Below are positions 34,267-44,650 of a stretch of DNA of 56,757 nucleotides, one piece after another. Origin of the DNA: Candidatus Dormiibacterota bacterium (lineage in GTDB: Bacteria > Patescibacteriota > Saccharimonadia > UBA4664 > DATLOE01); assembly GCA_035536395.1 (NCBI GenBank), contig DATLOE010000017.1, positions 1-56,757 on the forward strand, written 5' to 3'. The notes below the pieces were generated by a model. That model was not told the origin of the DNA, ran no database searches, and saw nothing but the letters and a program-made list of their open reading frames with translations. How positions within the stretch are numbered: the stretch's first letter is position 1; the number at the start of each line of letters is the position of its first letter. Position numbers and translations under genes: made by a program.

Positions 34267-35156
34267 ACATTATCGGACGCCGTAAGATTTGGTATGCAAT
34301 TTCGCTGATAATTATTATTCCCGGTACAATTTCTCTATTGGTAAACGGTTTAAGGCTGGGCATTGATTTTACAGGAGGCACTTTAATGGAGGTGCAGGGC
34401 AGGGCGGATGCGGCCACTGTTCGTCAGCTGACAGACAGGCTGGACATTAAAGATGTAACGGTTATTGCTAGCGGTTCGGATCGCAGTCTCATTAGATTTA
34501 GGGATGAATCTAAACCAAAACAGCAAGAAGCACATCATCAAATATTAAAGCGTGAACTTTCAGCAAAGGGACTTGATGAAATCAGGTATGAAGCCGTTGG
34601 GCCCACAGTTAGCCGCGATCTTACCCGGAATGCTCTTGTAAGTATAGCGGTGGTTTCGGTTGCTATCGTGCTATACATTGCCTTTGCTTTCAGGAATGTC
34701 CCGCCGCCGCTCAGTTCTTATAGCTTCGGATTTATGGCAATCGCGGCGCTTCTGCATGACGCACTGCTACTTTTGGGTATATTCTCCCTCCTGGGAGCAT
34801 TCTTTGGGGTAGAGATAGATGTTTTGTTTGTGACGGCTATTCTAACCGTCATCGGCTTTTCGGTGCATGATACGATCGTAGTCTTTGACCGCATCAGGGA
34901 GAACCTGCGCCGGGAGAGAAAGCCGTTTGAAGATATAGTAAACCAGAGCATTATTGAAACTCTGGCCCGCTCCCTAAATACATCTGTAACTGTGCTATTA
35001 ACCCTGCTGGCACTATACCTATTTGGCGGCCAGTCTATTAAACAGTTCGTGTTGGCTCTTTTAATAGGCATTGCCGCCGGTACCTACTCATCTATATTTA
35101 ACGCCTCGCCACTATTAGTAACATGGAATAATTGGCGAGCTAAGCGAGCTGGCTGA
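34263..35156 (+). CDS. secF: protein translocase subunit SecF
   Basis: Motifs seen: GIDFTGGT and FSVHDTIVVFDRIREN. A 4-nt overlap links it to secD. The terminator GCGCC-AGA-GGCGC-TTATTT lies at about 35204-35227. Confidence 0.93.
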   Translation: MNIIGRRKIWYAISLIIIIPGTISLLVNGLRLGIDFTGGTLMEVQGRADAATVRQLTDRLDIKDVTVIASGSDRSLIRFRDESKPKQQEAHHQILKRELSAKGLDEIRYEAVGPTVSRDLTRNALVSIAVVSVAIVLYIAFAFRNVPPPLSSYSFGFMAIAALLHDALLLLGIFSLLGAFFGVEIDVLFVTAILTVIGFSVHDTIVVFDRIRENLRRERKPFEDIVNQSIIETLARSLNTSVTVLLTLLALYLFGGQSIKQFVLALLIGIAAGTYSSIFNASPLLVTWNNWRAKRAG

Positions 35157-35283
35157 CATTGTATACATTTTTTGTTCAGTAGGCTAAGCATAAAAACTAT
35201 TTGCGCCAGAGGCGCTTATTTAGTACTATAAAAACAAGCTATTAACAGGTTGAGTTGCCAGAAGGTTGCAATAATTACTACAA

Positions 35284-35564
35284 TGCTCGAAGTATTTATA
35301 ACCTCCAAGACCAGACGTAAAATAATCACCGTCTACACAAAATACCCCGATTATCGGGTGCACGTACGGGGCTTGGCAAAAATGATCAAAGAGGATCCGG
35401 GTAATGTTCAGCGAGAGCTGAAAGGCCTAGAACACGTGGGGTTCGTGAAGTCGGCCAAAGAATCCAACTCCCGGGTGTACTTTGCAAATCCGAGGTTTCC
35501 GCTCTATAGGGAGCTGCAAAGTATTGTTTTGAAGTCTCAGGCCTCTAAGCGCAAATCCGCTTAA
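35284..35564 (+). CDS. small winged-helix (ArsR/MarR-like) DNA-binding protein
   Basis: TSKTRRKIITVY...VRGLAKMIKEDPGNVQRELKGLEHVGFV...RVYF fits a wHTH pattern. The start is uncertain (the ORF track gives 35250). Confidence 0.55.
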
Positions 35565-35604
35565 CTTTCTCTTATACACGAGTAAACCTGTTATACTAAA
35601 AGCA

Positions 35605-37278
35605 ATGGAAGCTGTAGGTGTTGGTAAGATAGGAAATCTATCGGCATCATTGCCGCCGGTAGTACGTGCTTTGTTGGCCAAACGAGGATATGAATCAGAC
35701 GAAGCAATATCTGCTTTTCTCAACCCTAAGTACGAAGGCAACTTGGCAGATCCTTACCTTATGAAGGATATGAAGAAGGCTATAGACAGGTTGCTTGTGG
35801 CCAAAAAGCGGTCTGAAACCGTGGCCGTCTACGGAGATTACGATATAGACGGTGTGGCAGCTACAGCTCTGATACTAGAAGTGCTTGAGGCAAATAATAT
35901 AGACGCCTTTGCCTATATCCCGGACCGCTACGAGGAGGGCTACGGGCTGAATACCGAGGCCTTGGGTGCTATTAAAAAACGCGGCGCCAGTTTGGTGGTA
36001 ACGGTTGATTGCGGCATTACATCTGCCGATGAGGTCGCATGGGCAAACAAAAAGGGGTTGGACGTAATAATTACCGATCATCATGAGGTACCAGAGGTGG
36101 TGCCGGAGGCCGTTGCCGTCGTTAACCCTCGCCAGCCATCGGACAAATACCCATACAAGGAATTAGCCGGGGTCGGCGTGGCATTCGCTGTGGCCAGAGC
36201 TCTGCAGCAAGCCACAGGTCAGCCTGCAGAGGGGCAGGAAAAGTGGCTGCTCGACCTGGTAGCGCTAGGCACCGTTTGCGATGTAATGCCGCTGACAGGC
36301 GAAAACCGCATAATGGCCAAATTCGGGCTACTAGTCTTAAGCAAGACTAAAAGGGTAGGGCTGGTTGCCCTGGCCCAGTCGGCCGGCTTAGTACTGACAG
36401 ATGTTCGGCCGTATCATTTAGGGTTTGTAATCGGCCCGCGCCTGAATGCTGCCGGTCGCCTGGAGCATGCCGCGCATAGTTTAGATTTAATCGCGACCAA
36501 AGATCCTGTACTTGCCCAAAAGCTGGCTTATAGCCTGGAAGAGTTGAACCACAAAAGGCGAATAGAGCAATCGCGCATTACGGCTGAAGCCGATGCCGCC
36601 GCTCAGGAGTTTTCCGAAGACCCAATACTAGTGCTGGCCGACCCCTCTTGGTCGCATGGTGTGGTGGGGATTGTAGCTTCTAAGCTTGCCGAAAAGTGGC
36701 AGAAACCGACCCTTATACTGCAAGTGCTAGGGGATTTGGCAAAAGGTTCGGGCCGCAGCGCAAACGGCTACAATTTAATTGACGGCCTGCAGTCGGCACA
36801 GGATATATTTGAAAAACTGGGTGGCCACCATTTTGCCGCCGGCTTTACCTTGCCGGCAGCCCGCATTAATGATTTGCGCCAGCTGCTAGCCGCTCATTAT
36901 CGGCAGGTGGAGTCTACTCTGCCGCCTCCAGCTAACCGCGAGGCAGACCTGCAGCTAGAAGACATATCAGAGGTAAACTGGCAGCTATACGACGCCCTGC
37001 AGGCTCTCGAGCCCTATGGCCACGGCAACCCCCAGCCGGTACTAGGTATTGATGGTGCAAAGATAATAGATGTGACCGTCATTGGCCAGAAGAAAGAGCA
37101 CCTGAAGCTAAGGATTACTGGCAAAAGCGGCTCAATTTACGAGGCCCTGGCCTTTAACCAAGCCGAAAAGTATGCCCATTTGCGCTCTGGCCAATTGGTC
37201 AATATAACCTTCTTTATAGAGAAGAACCAATACAATGAGCGCTCACAATTACAGTTGGTGTTAGTGGCCGTACAGTGA
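35605..37278 (+). CDS. recJ: single-stranded-DNA-specific exonuclease RecJ
   Basis: The DHH motifs YGDYDIDGV, VTVDCG and ITDHH are present, together with the DHHA1 motif GGH..AAG. Confidence 0.93.
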   Translation: MEAVGVGKIGNLSASLPPVVRALLAKRGYESDEAISAFLNPKYEGNLADPYLMKDMKKAIDRLLVAKKRSETVAVYGDYDIDGVAATALILEVLEANNIDAFAYIPDRYEEGYGLNTEALGAIKKRGASLVVTVDCGITSADEVAWANKKGLDVIITDHHEVPEVVPEAVAVVNPRQPSDKYPYKELAGVGVAFAVARALQQATGQPAEGQEKWLLDLVALGTVCDVMPLTGENRIMAKFGLLVLSKTKRVGLVALAQSAGLVLTDVRPYHLGFVIGPRLNAAGRLEHAAHSLDLIATKDPVLAQKLAYSLEELNHKRRIEQSRITAEADAAAQEFSEDPILVLADPSWSHGVVGIVASKLAEKWQKPTLILQVLGDLAKGSGRSANGYNLIDGLQSAQDIFEKLGGHHFAAGFTLPAARINDLRQLLAAHYRQVESTLPPPANREADLQLEDISEVNWQLYDALQALEPYGHGNPQPVLGIDGAKIIDVTVIGQKKEHLKLRITGKSGSIYEALAFNQAEKYAHLRSGQLVNITFFIEKNQYNERSQLQLVLVAVQ

Positions 37279-37344
37279 CCAAGGCAAGCTTGCGGGATAG
37301 CCTTAGGCTATGCTAGCCTACAAGAAGTTTGCGGAGTAAATTAA

Positions 37345-38613
37345 GTGGCAAAACAACAGTTTCAAAACGTGCGTGGTATGCCCGACATTCTGCCCGAAGT
37401 GGCGGTTAAGTTTAATTATTTAATCGATCTGTTCAGGCAACTGGCAGCCGATGCCGGATACGAGCCGATCGAGGTTCCGATTGCTGAAGATAAGAATGTC
37501 TTTATTCGCAGCGTGGGGTCGGGAACAGACATTGTTGATAAAGAGATGTATGTACTGCCAGATCGCTCTGGTAATGAACTAGCGCTTCGCCCGGAGCCGA
37601 CTGCCGGCGTGGTGCGGGCCTACCTTCAGCATGGAATGAGCAGCCGCCCGCAGCCAGTCAGGCTGCAGGTAGCAGGGCCAATGTTTCGCTATGACCGCCC
37701 GCAGGCCGGCCGCCAGCGCCAATTCACCCAAGTTGGTGTAGAAGTGCTAGGCGAGAGCTCCCCAAGTGTGGACGCCCAGATTATTTCTCTGGCTTTGCGT
37801 TACTACAAAAAACTGAACCTGACTAACTTTAGTCTGCAGATAAACAGTATTGGCGATAATACCTGCCGCCCCAAATACCGCCGTGCATTGGTAGATTACT
37901 TTAACGAACACAAGAAAGATTTATGCGAGACCTGCCGTGGGCGCCTAAAAACCAATCCTCTGCGCATTTTGGATTGCAAAGAAAAAAGCTGCCAGAAAAT
38001 AATCGATGAAGCTCCGCAGACCCTAAACTATCTGTGCAAGCCCTGCCAAGACCATTTTTCGGGTGTACTGGAATACTTAGACACTCTGGGTATTACCTAC
38101 GAACTGAACCCTAGGTTGGTTAGGGGGCTAGACTACTACAACCGAACTGTATTTGAGTTTTACGGTGAACGTGAGGGCTCACAGAGCAGTTTGGGCGGCG
38201 GCGGGCGGTTCGACGGCTTGGCTGAAGCCCTGGGTGGCAAGCCGGTTGCAGCTGCCGGCTTTGGCTTGGGGATAGAGAGGCTGATATTGGAATTGGAAGA
38301 AAAAGGCATACAGTTGCCTACCCGCCCCAAGCTGAAGGTCTTTGTGGCCAGCCTTGGTGAGCCGGCTAGACTGCAGGCGTTCACTTTAATTGAGCAGTTG
38401 CTAGATAGTGGCATTGGAACAGTCGGTACAGTTGATAAAGACAGTATTGGCGGGCAACTAGAAAAGGCCAACAAGACCGGAGTGCCATACGCAATTATTA
38501 TCGGCCAGAAGGAAGTTAAGGAAGAAACAGTGATTTTGCGCGATATGAGGTCGGGTGCTCAGGAAATGATTCCGGTGGGCGGAGTAATTAAAGAGCTGCA
38601 TAAGAGGGTTTAA
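37345..38613 (+). CDS. hisS: histidine--tRNA ligase
   Basis: Motifs seen: RGMPDILP, LRPEPTAGVVR, MFRYDRPQAGRQRQF and GGGGRFDGL. Confidence 0.95.
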   Translation: MAKQQFQNVRGMPDILPEVAVKFNYLIDLFRQLAADAGYEPIEVPIAEDKNVFIRSVGSGTDIVDKEMYVLPDRSGNELALRPEPTAGVVRAYLQHGMSSRPQPVRLQVAGPMFRYDRPQAGRQRQFTQVGVEVLGESSPSVDAQIISLALRYYKKLNLTNFSLQINSIGDNTCRPKYRRALVDYFNEHKKDLCETCRGRLKTNPLRILDCKEKSCQKIIDEAPQTLNYLCKPCQDHFSGVLEYLDTLGITYELNPRLVRGLDYYNRTVFEFYGEREGSQSSLGGGGRFDGLAEALGGKPVAAAGFGLGIERLILELEEKGIQLPTRPKLKVFVASLGEPARLQAFTLIEQLLDSGIGTVGTVDKDSIGGQLEKANKTGVPYAIIIGQKEVKEETVILRDMRSGAQEMIPVGGVIKELHKRV

Positions 38614-38614
38614 G

Positions 38615-38920
38615 ATGCGTGAGTGCCTTTTTTGTGCTATTGCCGAAGATTCTAAGAATCTTGTCTGGGAGAATGAGCAGTTCGCGGCCTTCCGTGACCT
38701 TCACCCCAAAGCCAAAACACACTTACTGGTGATACCAAAAGAGCATATTGATACCCTGGATGACCTGGAGCATGATCATATTGCATCGGGTTTAATTCGA
38801 GCTGTCAGGGAGGTTGCCTCCAGCAACGGCTTAAAGGGTAGATATAGGGTACAAATTAACGTTGGCCGATTGGGCGGGCAGGAAATAGACCACCTCCATG
38901 TGCACCTACTAGCAGATTAG
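38615..38920 (+). CDS. HIT-family (histidine triad) protein
   Basis: Motifs seen: CLFCAI, the HPKAKTHLLVIPKEH pattern, and the histidine triad HLHVHLL. Confidence 0.9.
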   Translation: MRECLFCAIAEDSKNLVWENEQFAAFRDLHPKAKTHLLVIPKEHIDTLDDLEHDHIASGLIRAVREVASSNGLKGRYRVQINVGRLGGQEIDHLHVHLLAD

Positions 38921-38983
38921 GGTTGAGCCGGCAGGTAAAACCCTGTATTATTTGTAGGTTATATATCTGATAAGGAAAATTAC

Positions 38984-39193
38984 TTGCTACAAGTAACCCG
39001 AAAAGACGAAAAAGAGTCTCTAGAAAACCTGATTCGCCGCTTTAATAAGAAAGTGCAGCAATCGGGTGTTTTGGGCATAGCCCGGCGCAAACGTTACTAC
39101 GAAAAGCCAATTAGCAAGCGCGATCAGCGCGAGATTGCACTGCGTAAGCGGGCTCGTAAGGATGCTAAAGCCAAGTTGTACCTCGGAAAATAA
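38984..39193 (+). CDS. rpsU: 30S ribosomal protein S21 (TTG start)
   Basis: The motif LENLIRRFNKKVQQSGVL...RKRYYEKPSxKR is present. An AAGGAAA RBS precedes the gene. Confidence 0.85.
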   Translation: MLQVTRKDEKESLENLIRRFNKKVQQSGVLGIARRKRYYEKPISKRDQREIALRKRARKDAKAKLYLGK

Positions 39194-39636
39194 TGAGCTT
39201 AGTTAACCAAATAGAAAATGACATTACAGCCGCAATGAAGGGTGGGGATATCGCTCGCACAGCGGCTCTTCGTTTGCTCAAAAACAGTCTTAAAAACGAG
39301 CAGATTAAGCTTGGCCGTGAGCTAGCGGAGGAAGATGCCATAAAGGTCCTGGCCCGCGAGGCCAAGCAGCGCCAGGAATCGATTAGTTCATACGAACAAG
39401 CCGGCCGCACCGAGCTGGCTCAAACCGAAAAAGAAGAATTAGATATTATTCGCACCTATCTGCCAGCCCAGCTGAGCGAGGAAGAGATAGCAAAACTGGT
39501 TGATGAGGCTATAGCCGAGGCCGGTGTTAAGGACGCTAGCCAAATAGGTGCGGCAATCAGCTCAGTAATGCAAAAAGCTGCCGGCAGTGCCGACGGAGCT
39601 ACTGTAGCTCGGATTGTGCGGCAGCGACTGTCTTAA
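39193..39636 (+). CDS. GatB/YqeY-domain protein
   Basis: Motifs seen: I..D...AMK......R...LRLL and LSEEEI..LV.EAI. It follows rpsU, as in many genomes. Confidence 0.85.
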   Translation: MSLVNQIENDITAAMKGGDIARTAALRLLKNSLKNEQIKLGRELAEEDAIKVLAREAKQRQESISSYEQAGRTELAQTEKEELDIIRTYLPAQLSEEEIAKLVDEAIAEAGVKDASQIGAAISSVMQKAAGSADGATVARIVRQRLS

Positions 39637-40100
39637 TGCAGGGTCTTGTTATCAATTTCTTCGGCGCCTTACCCGCCCGCGCACATTGCAAAAAAATCAA
39701 AACGGCTGTTCTAAGACTGCAAGATTTACTGAAGATTCCCACGCAGGGAAATATTAATCTGAAGTTCGTGGATGATGCCGCAATGACAGTTTTAAACAAG
39801 CAGTATAACGGTCGCGGGGCATCTACCGATGTGCTAAGCTTTAGCTATATTGAAAATTCACCGGCTGGGGCAACTGAAGAGTTGGGCGATGTGATTATAA
39901 GCGTAGAAACCGCCCGCCGCCAGGCAAAGGAGTATGGCATAGACCTCACATCAGAATTAGCATTGCTGGCTGTGCATGGCGCACTGCATGTTCTGGGTTA
40001 TGATCACAATGACACTGCCGGCCGTGAGTCCATGAGTCGTCTGCAATCTGAGGCGGTTAAGGCAGCCGGTCTTAAATATCGTGAGTTTGAGTGGAAATGA
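39636..40100 (+). CDS. ybeY: rRNA maturation endoribonuclease YbeY
   Basis: The zinc motif HGALHVLGYDH is present. Confidence 0.92.
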   Translation: MQGLVINFFGALPARAHCKKIKTAVLRLQDLLKIPTQGNINLKFVDDAAMTVLNKQYNGRGASTDVLSFSYIENSPAGATEELGDVIISVETARRQAKEYGIDLTSELALLAVHGALHVLGYDHNDTAGRESMSRLQSEAVKAAGLKYREFEWK

Positions 40101-40453
40101 AGAGATTTATATCTAGTTTAAGTAGCGCGTTTCAAGGGATTGTACATGTAGTTCGCCAGGAGCGTAATGCCCGTATTCACTTGCTTGCTGGTATCGCGGT
40201 TTTAATTGCTGCTGCTTGGCTTCAGGTAACCAATTATGAGCTGGCGGCCTTGTTTTTCTGCATCGTGATAGTCTTTCTGGCTGAGATCGTTAATACCGCC
40301 CTAGAGAAAGTGCTAGACCTACTGCATCCCGAGCAGAACCACCAGGTAAAGGTAGTTAAAGATATCGCCGCCAGTGCCGTGCTGGTAGCGGCTATCGGCG
40401 CTGCCGGTATTGGAGTAGTCGTCTTCTACCCATATCTTGCAGAGTGGCTGTGA
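40091..40453 (+). CDS. dgkA: diacylglycerol/undecaprenol kinase DgkA family
   Basis: The protein has 3 TM segments and the motif EIVNTALE. Confidence 0.85.
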   Translation: MEMKRFISSLSSAFQGIVHVVRQERNARIHLLAGIAVLIAAAWLQVTNYELAALFFCIVIVFLAEIVNTALEKVLDLLHPEQNHQVKVVKDIAASAVLVAAIGAAGIGVVVFYPYLAEWL

Positions 40454-40983
40454 GGAGGGTCATAGCGGTTTTGGGTCCGACAGGTGCCGGTAAATCTCTC
40501 CAAGCCCACCTTCTTGCTGAACACTTAAAAATGACATTGATCTCTAGTGGCGATCTGCTGCGCGCATCAACCGACCCAGACATTAAACACCGGATGGAGG
40601 CAGGCGATTTAGTGAGGTCAAGTGATGTTGAGCATTTAGTTGAAGATGCTATTAGGCAGGCGCCGAAAGATAAAGGGATTGTCTTGGATGGCTTCCCCCG
40701 GCGCCGTACCGAGCAGGAGTGGCTTAATGTGATTTTAAAGCAATCTGGCCTTAATCTAAGCAAGGTTTTTTTGATCGAAGTACCCAAGGAGGTGTCTCTA
40801 GACCGCCTGGAGGAGCGGCATCGTACAGATGATGAGAAGGAGATTATTAAACACAAGTGGCTGGAATATATCCATACAACTTCACGCGTTGTCGAGGGTT
40901 ACCGTGAGGCAGGTATTTTGGCCAAGATCGATGGCACCCTGACTCCCGAAGCAGTTACAGCCGAGATTAAGAAACACCTATGA
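40444..40983 (+). CDS. adk: adenylate kinase (short-lid type; GTG start)
   Basis: The P-loop is GPTGAGKS. Other motifs are ISSGDLLR and VLDGFPRRRTEQ. Confidence 0.85.
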   Translation: MAVRRVIAVLGPTGAGKSLQAHLLAEHLKMTLISSGDLLRASTDPDIKHRMEAGDLVRSSDVEHLVEDAIRQAPKDKGIVLDGFPRRRTEQEWLNVILKQSGLNLSKVFLIEVPKEVSLDRLEERHRTDDEKEIIKHKWLEYIHTTSRVVEGYREAGILAKIDGTLTPEAVTAEIKKHL

Positions 40984-41729
40984 CTTTTAACCACAAAAAG
41001 ACAAGCCAAGAGATTGAAGCCATGCGGCAGGGTGGTCGAATATTGGCCGAGGTGCTGGGCGCACTAGCAGTAGCAGTGCGGCCAGGTATTACAACTGGAG
41101 AGTTGAATGATCTGGCACATGAAAAAATCATTAAGCTCAAAGCCAAGCCGGCATTCTTGGGTTACCAGAGCTTTCCAGCCTCTATCTGTATTTCTATTAA
41201 TAACGAGATAGTCCATGGTATACCTGGTAGCAAGGTAGTTAGCGCGGGCGATATAGTCACCTTGGATCTGGGCGTGACATATAAAGGCTTAATAACCGAC
41301 TCGGCTATAACGGTCGCGGTTGGTAAAATCAGCCCAGAGGCTCAGAATCTGCTTAAGGGCACTAAAAGCGCTCTGGTGGCCGGCATTAAGCAGGTAAAAC
41401 CCGGCAACAGGATAGGTGATATTTCTGCTGCAATTCAAGCGGAGCTGACCAAGTATGGTCTGAGTGTAATTCATGATCTGAGCGGTCATGGAGTAGGGCG
41501 TGAGGTTCATGAAGAGCCACCCATACCAAATTTCGGCCGGGCCGGTACTGGCATGGTTCTGGAAGAGGGTATGACGCTCGCAATCGAGCCAATGGCAAGT
41601 CTCGGTAGTAAAGAGATAGTGCTGCAGCCAGATGGCTGGACATATACGTCGGCCGATGGCAGCTTAACGGCTCAATTCGAGCACACTGTAGCCGTAACGG
41701 CTGACGGACACCGAATTTTAACGCAATAA
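40980..41729 (+). CDS. map: type I methionine aminopeptidase
   Basis: Motifs seen: NNEIVHGIP, the D..D metal ligands, GHGVGREVHEEP and the EPM.. ligands. Confidence 0.95.
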   Translation: MTFNHKKTSQEIEAMRQGGRILAEVLGALAVAVRPGITTGELNDLAHEKIIKLKAKPAFLGYQSFPASICISINNEIVHGIPGSKVVSAGDIVTLDLGVTYKGLITDSAITVAVGKISPEAQNLLKGTKSALVAGIKQVKPGNRIGDISAAIQAELTKYGLSVIHDLSGHGVGREVHEEPPIPNFGRAGTGMVLEEGMTLAIEPMASLGSKEIVLQPDGWTYTSADGSLTAQFEHTVAVTADGHRILTQ

Positions 41730-41791
41730 TACCCACCCGTCTTGCTTACTCTTAAGTATAAGCACTATAATACCTAAGAAAGGAACTGCCT

Positions 41792-43018
41792 GTGGCTGCC
41801 CGTCCAATCGAAGAAACTTTTATAGGTCTGGATATAGGTACAACAAAAGTCTGCTGTATCGTTGGTCTACTCGAAGAGGGATCGGCTTTACCTAGTATTA
41901 TAGGGATCGGCCAAGCTCCCACAGCCGGTTTGCGCAAGGGAGTGGTTATTGATGTAGAGGAGACTGTTTCTTCTATTACGGCTGCGGTGGATGAGGCAGA
42001 GAGGATTTCGGGAATCGAAATCGATCGGGCTACTATTGGTATAGATGGGTCGCATATAGAGAGCCTCAACTCTACTGGAGTGATTGCAGTTGGGCATGAG
42101 ATCAACGAAGATGATATACAAAGGGTACAGGAGGCGGCTTCAGCCGTACACCTGCCTCCAAACAGAGAGATTCTGCAGGTATTTCCGCGATCTTACTCGG
42201 TAGATAGCCAGCTAAACATTAAGGATCCCATAGGCATTAACGGAGTTAGGTTAGAGGCTGATGTTCACATTATTACCGGGGGCACCCCTGCATTAAAGAA
42301 CCTGCACAGGTGTATATATCAGGCCGGTATAGATATTGAAGGCCAAGTACTGATTCCGGTAGCAGCTGCGAGTGCAGTACTATCTAAAAAACAGCGCGAA
42401 ATTGGGGCGGCAATTATTGATATCGGCGGGGGTACCACCGGTATAGCTGTGTATGAGGAGGGGGAGGTGCTGTACACAAATATTCTTCCACTTGGCGCCG
42501 GGCACATTACCAACGATCTGGCGATTGGCCTTAGAACCAGCATTGATATCGCAGAAAAGATTAAACTGGGATATGTTAAGGCTCGTCATGCTAAAAGCAG
42601 TTCAACTGAGAAAATCAGGATTGAGGAGCTGGATGGCGATGAGGCAGTTGTGTCGCGTAGAGAACTAGACCGTATCACAGGAGCCAGACTGGAAGAAATT
42701 ATGCACATGGTAAAGGATGACCTCAAGAAAATCAGCCGTTCTGGAATGCTACCTGGTGGCGTAGTGATCACTGGCGGAGGGGCCAAGATGCCGGGCATAG
42801 ATGATTTGGCCAAAGAGATTCTGGAACTACCTGCTAGTATTGGGCGCCCGGAGCAAATAAGCGGTATCAGTGATAAAATTCATGACCCTAGTTTTGCAGC
42901 CCCGGTTGGTCTAATGCTTGAGAATATGCACTACTCGGCTGGCGGCGATCGCACTAACGTACGCCTCGGACAGACTGTAGATAAGATTAAAAAGACACTT
43001 CGCAACCTGTTGCCATAA
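41792..43018 (+). CDS. ftsA: cell division protein FtsA (GTG start)
   Basis: The actin-like ATPase motifs LDIGTTKV, IDIGGGTT and ITGGGAKMPG are present. Confidence 0.93.
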   Translation: MAARPIEETFIGLDIGTTKVCCIVGLLEEGSALPSIIGIGQAPTAGLRKGVVIDVEETVSSITAAVDEAERISGIEIDRATIGIDGSHIESLNSTGVIAVGHEINEDDIQRVQEAASAVHLPPNREILQVFPRSYSVDSQLNIKDPIGINGVRLEADVHIITGGTPALKNLHRCIYQAGIDIEGQVLIPVAAASAVLSKKQREIGAAIIDIGGGTTGIAVYEEGEVLYTNILPLGAGHITNDLAIGLRTSIDIAEKIKLGYVKARHAKSSSTEKIRIEELDGDEAVVSRRELDRITGARLEEIMHMVKDDLKKISRSGMLPGGVVITGGGAKMPGIDDLAKEILELPASIGRPEQISGISDKIHDPSFAAPVGLMLENMHYSAGGDRTNVRLGQTVDKIKKTLRNLLP

Positions 43019-43080
43019 CAAAATCATTGTTTTTATAACAGCGGCCGAGGACTCTAGGCCGCTTACCTATACAAGAAACC

Positions 43081-43132
43081 ATTATTGAATAAAAAAAGTA
43101 TTCAATAATATACAGTATAAAAAATTGAATAA
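43081..43132. promoter_or_regulatory. 11-bp perfect inverted repeat plus a third half-site upstream of ftsZ (candidate operator)
   Basis: ATTATTGAATA (43081-43091) and TATTCAATAAT (43099-43109) are separated by 7 nt. A third copy, ATTGAATAA, lies at 43124-43132. Confidence 0.35.
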
Positions 43133-43215
43133 ATAATTTGCATTTACAAAACGCTTTTATTAAACTGTGAGCATATCAATTTTGATACTTAAGTTGTGGT
43201 AAGGAGCAATAATAT

Positions 43216-44520
43216 ATGGCTGAAGTTTTACCTGAAGTGGAGACATTTGCCCGCATAAAAGTCTGCGGGATAGGCGGTGGTGGCTGCGCTGCCGTGGAGA
43301 GAATGATAGCGGCTGGCGTTAAAGGCATTGAGTTTATAGCTATTAATACTGACGCTCAGGCCTTGCATCATTCGCATGCTCCAACCAAAGTTCATATTGG
43401 TCGCCAGACTACTAGAGGCCTCGGTGCCGGAGCCGACCCCGAGGTAGGCCGCAAGGCAGCTGAAGAATCTGTCGGTGAGATTAAAGACATGCTGAAGGGT
43501 GCCGATATGGTATTTATTACTCTTGGTGCCGGAGGCGGTACCGGTACGGGTGCTGCTCCTCTGGTAGCCCAAGCCGCCCGCGAAATCGGAGCGCTAGTAG
43601 TCGGCATTGCAACCAAGCCATTTGCCTTTGAAGGTGAACGCCGCCGCATGAACGCCGATAACGGAATTGAGGAGCTCAAAGATACAGTCGACACCTTAAT
43701 TACTATTCCTAACGACCGCTTACTACAGATGATTGATCGTAAGACATCACTACTTGAGGCCTTTAGGGTGGTAGACGAGGTCTTACGCCAGGGTGTTCAG
43801 GGTATTTCCGATCTGATTACTGTGCATGGTCTAATTAACCTCGACTTTGCCGATGTGAAAGCAATTATCCAGGATGCAGGCTCAGCGCTGATGGGTATTG
43901 GTAAGGCTAAAGGTGACAATCGAGCGATTGAAGCTGCCCGCCAAGCAATTGATTCGCCGCTGCTGGAAGTTTCGATCGAGGGAGCCAAGGGCGTACTGTT
44001 TAATGTCACGGGCGGCCGTAATATGACTATGCACGAAATAGATGAGGCCGCTAAGGCTATTACAGATGCCGTGGATCCGAGTGCCAATATTATCTTTGGC
44101 GCCGTTTTGGATGAGACTATGGATGACGAAATTAAGATTACGGTTGTGGCTACCGGCTTTGACGGCAGTCGCCGTCCACTCCGTCGCCCAGTGCTGGCCG
44201 GTGCCGAAGGGGAGGATGAGGCCAAGCCCGAGCGGCCATCTTTTTTCTCTTCCGCCAGCTTTAACCGTCCGTTTATTGATGAAAAGCCTCAAGCCGAAGA
44301 CGAGGAGGCCAGCTCCATATTAGACGAACCGATTGCACCGGAGGTAGGTTCGATTGAACCGATAGGCGAAGCCAAGGGCCGATCTGAGGCAAAGGGCGCA
44401 GGAACCGCTAAGGCTATGATCGAAAAAGCCAGCCAGGCTGAAAGCTCAACCCGCCCGGATGGGGTAGAGGAAGAGGACGACCTAGACATTCCGGCCTTTA
44501 TTCGCCGTAAAGTTAATTAA
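43216..44520 (+). CDS. ftsZ: cell division GTPase FtsZ
   Basis: The tubulin signature [10 protein letters not shown] and NTDAQAL are present. The C-terminal peptide is [11 protein letters not shown]. Confidence 0.98.
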   Translation: MAEVLPEVETFARIKVCGIGGGGCAAVERMIAAGVKGIEFIAINTDAQALHHSHAPTKVHIGRQTTRGLGAGADPEVGRKAAEESVGEIKDMLKGADMVFITLGAGGGTGTGAAPLVAQAAREIGALVVGIATKPFAFEGERRRMNADNGIEELKDTVDTLITIPNDRLLQMIDRKTSLLEAFRVVDEVLRQGVQGISDLITVHGLINLDFADVKAIIQDAGSALMGIGKAKGDNRAIEAARQAIDSPLLEVSIEGAKGVLFNVTGGRNMTMHEIDEAAKAITDAVDPSANIIFGAVLDETMDDEIKITVVATGFDGSRRPLRRPVLAGAEGEDEAKPERPSFFSSASFNRPFIDEKPQAEDEEASSILDEPIAPEVGSIEPIGEAKGRSEAKGAGTAKAMIEKASQAESSTRPDGVEEEDDLDIPAFIRRKVN

Positions 44521-44521
44521 T

Positions 44522-44556
44522 AAAAAACTAAGAGCCCGTTTAGGGCTCTTTTTTAG
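44522..44556 (+). terminator. ftsZ intrinsic terminator
   Basis: The hairpin AAGAGCCC-GTTT-AGGGCTCTT is followed by TTTT. Confidence 0.7.
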
Positions 44557-44650
44557 TTGGGGAAAACTGCAGGGAAGAATAACTTGTTTCAGGAGTAATA
44601 AAAAAGTACTTGCGCAAAAGGTAAGCCTAGCGCTATAGTGGATAGTGCTT

